A stretch of DNA of 32,000 bases from Bellilinea caldifistulae (GTDB lineage: Bacteria; Chloroflexota; Anaerolineae; Anaerolineales; Anaerolineaceae), in NCBI RefSeq assembly GCF_001306055.1, contig NZ_LGHJ01000007.1, positions 60,001-92,000 of the forward strand, read 5' to 3'. Positions 27,701 through 32,000 of this stretch are shown here, piece by piece. The notes beneath the pieces are model-generated. The model was not told the origin of the DNA, ran no database searches, and saw only the letters and a list, made by a program, of their open reading frames with translations. Position 1 is the first letter of the stretch, and the number at the start of each line of letters is the position of its first letter. Position numbers and translations under genes: made by a program.

Positions 27701-30616
27701 ATGTCTCATCAAAGCCATTATCCTTTCTCGATTGATCTACTTCTCAAACTCAGCGAAGACGCTGTTCTGGTTTTTTCTCCCTTAACAAAGAAAGTAATTC
27801 GCTTTAATCATAAACTTGTTGACTTATTCAATGGGGAAACCATTGACCATATTCTTCTGGAGCGGTTGTTTTTCTCCAATCCTGCCGGTCGTGATGTGAT
27901 TACCGCTCGGAGTGGCAGCATAATTCGGCTTAGAAATTTCAAAATCGGCAAAGATAACCGCCATCTTGAAGTTCGTTTGAAAAATATCGAGGATAAAGAC
28001 CTCGGAAATTTAACCATTGCCATCATCAAAGACTTGACCCAGCAATTTAAGTGGCAAAAAACTCAGGAAGCTCTCTTAAAAATTGCCGAAAGCGTTGCCA
28101 CCAGTAAGGATTTATCGGATTTACTGGTTCAATTCCATAACATAATTCGCCAGATAATGCCCGCCAATAATTTTTATGTGGCACTTTACCATCCCGATCA
28201 AAATCAGATCTCATTCCCGTATTATGTAGATGAATTTGATTCCCCACCTCTACCTCAACCCCTGGGCAGGGGGTTGACCGACTATGTTATTCGCAGGAAA
28301 ACTCCATTATTGGTAACGCCGGAAATCTTCGAAACCTTATTAAAAACCGGGGAAGTCGAAGCGATTGGCGCACCCTCAATTGACTGGTTAGGAGTACCTC
28401 TCCTAGCCCGGCAAGTAATCATTGGCGCAATGGCAGTTCAGAGTTACCAACACGAAATTCGCTACACACAGGAAGACCTCCAATTTTTGACCATTGTTGC
28501 ACCTCATCTTGCGAATGCCATCCTCATCAAGCAAGCAGAAATCGAACAAAAACAACAACATGATTTAATAAAAAGTATTTTCGACAATTCACCAAATGCC
28601 ATCGTTTTAACGGATTTGAAGGGAAATTTCATTGATTGTAACCCCGCATTTACCACACTATTGAACGTTCAGTCAAAAGATAGAATTATTGGGAAAAATG
28701 CACTTGAATTCATTATTCCCGAAGACCACCAAAAGGCTATTCGATACTTCAATCAAGTCATCGCTTCTCACACACCACTTGAAGATGAATTCACTGGATT
28801 GACTTTAGATGGTCAAAGGTTAATTTTAAAAATAACAGCCTCGCCCATTAAAAACGAGAATCAACAACCCCAATATATCGTGGGAATTTTCAATGATATT
28901 ACACAACAGCGAACTTCTGAAACGGCCCTCAAAATCAGCGAGGAAAGGTACAAGCTCGCTTCAGAAGGCGCGAATGATGGGATTTGGGATTGGGATCTTC
29001 TGGCTAATCGCATTTATTATTCACCCCGCTGGAAGAAACTCCTCGGTTATTCCCCAGATGAGATGTCCGATTCCCCCGAGGAGTGGTTCAACCGCATTCA
29101 CGAAGATGATCTACCAGGCGTGAAATCAAACTTAGAAGCTCACTTATCAGGATTGATACCCCATTTCGAAACCGAACATCGCATTCGTCACCGCGATGGT
29201 GAATATCGCTGGGTACTCGCTCGAGGAATGGCCGTGAAAAGCGAGTTTGGCAACCCTCACCGTATCGCCGGCTCTTTGACCGACATCACCCGCCAAAAGG
29301 CGAACGAAGATCAGCTTATTCATCAAGCCTTGTACGACCGTCTGACCGGCCTGCCTAACCGCATCTTATTCATTGAAAGGCTCGATCAAGCGATCAAACG
29401 TTCAAAAAGGCATGAAGAACCCACCTTTGCAATTCTCCTTTTAGATTTGGATCGCTTTAAACTAGTCAATGATAGTTTGGGTCATCGTGTGGGAGATCAA
29501 ATGATTGTCGAAGTTTCCCGCCGATTAGATGAATGCCTGCGGGCAGAAGACACCATTGCGCGACTGGGTGGCGACGAATTCGCCATTTTACTCAATGACC
29601 TGCACGATCCGTACGAAATTATCCAAATCATCAATCGCATTCAAAGGGAAATAAGCCGTCCGCTTGTTGTTGAAGGGAATAAAGTCTTTACCACTTGCAG
29701 CATAGGGGTTGCAATAGCCAATCCCGATACGGATTCCACAGAAGCCATGATGCGCGATGCCGATACTGCCATGTACGAAGCCAAAGCACAAGGAGGAAAC
29801 GGCTATATGATTTTTGATAAAGTTATGCATGCTAAAGCCGTAACCCTATTAGACATGGAAACGCACCTGCGGCAAGCGCTTTCCAGAGGCGAATTGGTGG
29901 TTTATTATCAACCCATCTTTGATGCTTTCACCCAAAGAGTGGTTTATGTTGAGGCTTTGCTCCGCTGGAATCATCCCAAACATGGAATTGTACTTCCCAA
30001 CCAGTTCATTGATCTGGCAGAGGATACTGGTTTAATCCTTCCTATTGGTGAATGGGTTCTCCGGGAGTCCTGTACCCAACTCAAGAAATGGCAGGCATCC
30101 GGGATGAAAAATCTGAAAGTCTCAGTTAATTTTTCTGCCCGGCAATTCCAGCAAACCGATTTACCCTCAATGGTGCGGGACGCGCTTGTACAAACTCAAC
30201 TCGACCCCGCCTCTCTGGTTATTGAAATTACGGAAAGTCGCAATTTTTCACAATTCGAGAAATTCGAAACCATGTTGTGGGAACTTCGCGGTTTAGGTGT
30301 AAAAATATCCATTGATGATTTTGGAACCGGTTATTCATCGTTGAGCACCATTCAACGATTACCGGTCAACACCATCAAAATCGGACAAAATTTCATCTCT
30401 CAAATAGGGGTACAAAAAGAAAATGACTTAATCATCCAATCCATGATTGAAATGGCGCATCGCCTCGGGTTAAGTGTCATTGCCGAGGGTGTTGAAACCG
30501 AAGAACAGCTGACAGCCTTGAGAAGATTTCATTGCGATATGATCCAGGGTTTTCATTTTAGTAAACCTGTAAAAGCAAATGAGATCGAAAATTATCTGAA
30601 ACCAGCGGATTATTAA
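27701..30616 (+). CDS. Multidomain c-di-GMP signalling protein: N-terminal unknown region, GAF, 2 x PAS, GGDEF, EAL
   Basis: 971 aa. GAF-like region ~130-280. Two PAS-like regions (IFDNSPNAIVLTDLKGNFIDCNPAF; ASEGANDGIWDWDLLANRIYYSPRWKKLLGY). GGDEF domain with intact RLGGDEFAILL and an RAED (RxxD) I-site 5 residues upstream. EAL domain with EALLRW, DDFGTGYSS and IAEGVETEEQ. Confidence 0.9.
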   Translation: MSHQSHYPFSIDLLLKLSEDAVLVFSPLTKKVIRFNHKLVDLFNGETIDHILLERLFFSNPAGRDVITARSGSIIRLRNFKIGKDNRHLEVRLKNIEDKDLGNLTIAIIKDLTQQFKWQKTQEALLKIAESVATSKDLSDLLVQFHNIIRQIMPANNFYVALYHPDQNQISFPYYVDEFDSPPLPQPLGRGLTDYVIRRKTPLLVTPEIFETLLKTGEVEAIGAPSIDWLGVPLLARQVIIGAMAVQSYQHEIRYTQEDLQFLTIVAPHLANAILIKQAEIEQKQQHDLIKSIFDNSPNAIVLTDLKGNFIDCNPAFTTLLNVQSKDRIIGKNALEFIIPEDHQKAIRYFNQVIASHTPLEDEFTGLTLDGQRLILKITASPIKNENQQPQYIVGIFNDITQQRTSETALKISEERYKLASEGANDGIWDWDLLANRIYYSPRWKKLLGYSPDEMSDSPEEWFNRIHEDDLPGVKSNLEAHLSGLIPHFETEHRIRHRDGEYRWVLARGMAVKSEFGNPHRIAGSLTDITRQKANEDQLIHQALYDRLTGLPNRILFIERLDQAIKRSKRHEEPTFAILLLDLDRFKLVNDSLGHRVGDQMIVEVSRRLDECLRAEDTIARLGGDEFAILLNDLHDPYEIIQIINRIQREISRPLVVEGNKVFTTCSIGVAIANPDTDSTEAMMRDADTAMYEAKAQGGNGYMIFDKVMHAKAVTLLDMETHLRQALSRGELVVYYQPIFDAFTQRVVYVEALLRWNHPKHGIVLPNQFIDLAEDTGLILPIGEWVLRESCTQLKKWQASGMKNLKVSVNFSARQFQQTDLPSMVRDALVQTQLDPASLVIEITESRNFSQFEKFETMLWELRGLGVKISIDDFGTGYSSLSTIQRLPVNTIKIGQNFISQIGVQKENDLIIQSMIEMAHRLGLSVIAEGVETEEQLTALRRFHCDMIQGFHFSKPVKANEIENYLKPADY

Positions 30617-31209
30617 TCGTTTGTTGAGACCAGACCGAGTTTTTCCAAAAAATCTAACAAAATTCGAGCAGAAATCCCCCACAATTGCTCCCCGTCATAA
30701 GGTCTGTAAAACACGACACCTCGCCGAAGACCAAAAGGCGAAAGCCAGTCCCGAATCACAAAATTCTCCTTCTTGATGAGCCAATCTAAAGGAATAGTAA
30801 ATACCCGGCTGACTTCACTGGGATTAATTTTTAAAGGGACTGGCCATTGGATTTGGGCGACTACCGGAAAAATGGTGTAGCCAGTAACCGATTCGTGCGG
30901 CAAAAGCTGACCCAAAACCTGAACATAGTCTGGTTTCAAGCCAATTTCCTCTTCAGCCTCTCGCAAGGCAGCCGTCAAGGGGCTGTCATCGGTTGGTTCG
31001 ATCGCTCCTCCTGGAAACGAAACCTGTCCTTTGTGGTCATTGACCGAGTCAGACCTGCGAGTGAAAAGGATGCTCCATTGGCTCTTTTCGTGGATCAAAG
31101 GCATTAAGACCGCTGCATATTTTCCCTTCACCGGAAAAGAGCGAACTGGATAGTTTATTCTTGAATTGAGACGACTCTTAATTTGTTCGGCTGTCAAAGA
31201 AATTTTCAT
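30613..31209 (-). CDS. Nudix hydrolase, CoA-pyrophosphatase-like (NudL/NUDT7 class)
   Basis: The ORF-track start at 31233 is TTG and overlaps the trmI stop; the ATG at 31209 gives 198 aa. ILFTRRSDSVNDHKGQVSFPGGAIEPTDDSPLTAALREAEEEIGL contains the Nudix box plus the upstream LFTxRS...G...FPGG CoA-type motif, with an imperfect match. Confidence 0.75.
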   Translation of the reverse strand: MKISLTAEQIKSRLNSRINYPVRSFPVKGKYAAVLMPLIHEKSQWSILFTRRSDSVNDHKGQVSFPGGAIEPTDDSPLTAALREAEEEIGLKPDYVQVLGQLLPHESVTGYTIFPVVAQIQWPVPLKINPSEVSRVFTIPLDWLIKKENFVIRDWLSPFGLRRGVVFYRPYDGEQLWGISARILLDFLEKLGLVSTND

Positions 31210-31229
31210 TTGAACCGACCACGTGCAAA

Positions 31230-32000
31230 TCAATCCTCAATGTCTTCTTCGCCGCCCTCTTCTAAATCATCTATTGAATCATTTGTGTTTTCGAGCAAAA
31301 CCGGGCGCGCAAAAATCAAAAAACCCGTGTGAGCAACCATACGATCAACAGGACGGAAACGTTCCGGCTCAGGTTTGTAATAGCGAAGCAAGACTTCACA
31401 AACATCCACAAAAGCAAAATCAAATTGACGTAAAGCCAGTAATAACCGAGAAACCTGATTGGCTGTGGGTAGAATGCTTCCAAAAAAACCGCCCAATTTT
31501 AAGGCGCTCCGCGCATGATGAATATAATCATACGGATTTGGTAAATCCAGAAAAAGCGCATCCACCCCCTCTTCATCAAAACCTTGTTCAGCAGTCAATT
31601 CCCGCAATTTGAATTCAACACGATCCTCAAGACCCAGTCGGCTGATATTCTTGCGAGCCAGTTTTTGCATCTCTTCTCTGGCCTCATAGGTGATCACTTT
31701 ACCGCTGTTCCCCACCGCAAACGCCATAGCAGAAGTCAACGAACCTGACCCGGTTCCGGCCTCAAGAACAACCTGTCCTTCACCAATCCCCATCTGGATA
31801 AGGATAAAACCAATATCTTTTGGATAGAGGATTTGAGTATTCCTGGGTAATTCTTTTAACAAATCTCCCAAGGCAGGCTGCAACACATAAAACGGATTGC
31901 CCAGATGGCTTCTAACACGGCTGCCCCACGGTTTACCGATAATGTCATCAAATCGAACAATCCCCCGATGCGTCTGTAACTCACCGCCTTGTTTAATTCT
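31230..32000 (-). CDS. trmI: tRNA (adenine-N1)-methyltransferase TrmI/GCD14 family, 5' end beyond the window
   Basis: The ORF-track start at 31886 is an internal GTG. The frame stays open to position 32000, reading RIKQGGELQTHRGIVRFDDIIGKPWGSRVRSHLGNPFYVLQPALGD, the TrmI N-terminal beta-domain. SAM motif VLEAGTGSGSLTSAMA; acidic C-terminal tail. Confidence 0.85.
   Translation of the reverse strand, partial: RIKQGGELQTHRGIVRFDDIIGKPWGSRVRSHLGNPFYVLQPALGDLLKELPRNTQILYPKDIGFILIQMGIGEGQVVLEAGTGSGSLTSAMAFAVGNSGKVITYEAREEMQKLARKNISRLGLEDRVEFKLRELTAEQGFDEEGVDALFLDLPNPYDYIHHARSALKLGGFFGSILPTANQVSRLLLALRQFDFAFVDVCEVLLRYYKPEPERFRPVDRMVAHTGFLIFARPVLLENTNDSIDDLEEGGEEDIED

Noticed and set aside
3115-31233. 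N-terminal extensions given by the ORF track (starts at 3153, 6996, 15390, 16637, 17701, 18308, 23833, 31233)
   Set aside because: Most of the extended starts I checked are TTG or GTG codons. Several overlap the upstream gene, in some cases extensively. For 3114, 6915, 15366 and 23821 the internal ATG has an SD at correct spacing. For 16613 and 17593 it has a stop/start overlap with the upstream gene and a family-typical N-terminus. 18263 and 31209 rest mainly on the family-typical N-terminus or on avoiding the overlap. I used the shorter models.
27525-31262. Both L25/Ctc and TrmI end in an acidic tail finishing with the same four residues, DIED
   Set aside because: The shared stretch is very short and lies within low-complexity acidic tails. 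There is no nucleotide-level repeat between the two loci, so it is most likely coincidence.

Overview
Bacterial chromosomal window, almost entirely coding: about 31 protein genes. I saw no rRNA, tRNA, CRISPR array, transposase or integrase. It falls into three blocks.

(i) 1-15.5 kb, minus strand: a surface-glycan or glycoconjugate biosynthesis locus. In transcription order it encodes a priming polyprenyl-phosphate sugar phosphotransferase, an SDR epimerase, a GHMP sugar kinase, an unusual SIS(GmhA-like)-GAF fusion, a hexapeptide acetyltransferase and a membrane-anchored GT2. These are followed by a compact B12-radical-SAM / carrier protein / adenylating ligase / AsnB cassette, a NadE-family PP-loop enzyme, a bifunctional ATP sulfurylase-APS kinase, and the start of an acyltransferase-3 gene that runs off the left edge.

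(ii) 15.85-26.42 kb, minus strand: ten tightly packed co-directional genes centred on glutamate chemistry. They are an amino-acid ABC importer, a mitochondrial-type citrate synthase, a 583-aa orphan protein with an HprK/PEPCK-like P-loop, proB, proA and pxpBCA.

(iii) 26.4-32 kb: a divergent control region, then rplY (Ctc-type L25), a GAF-PAS-PAS-GGDEF-EAL protein, a CoA-pyrophosphatase-like Nudix hydrolase and trmI (5' end cut by the window). The control region contains a promoter- and terminator-bounded orphan ~135-nt unit, either a candidate sRNA or a leaderless 24-codon micro-ORF.

The best candidates for something undescribed are the rSAM/ACP/ligase/AsnB tailoring cassette, the SIS-GAF fusion, the HprK-like orphan and the orphan small transcription unit.

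All calls come from reading motifs by eye; no database search was possible. Several ORF-track starts are TTG or GTG extensions, and I moved them to ATG codons with Shine-Dalgarno support. Taxon cannot be assigned from this window; a moderately AT-rich non-proteobacterial lineage such as Chloroflexota is only a guess.
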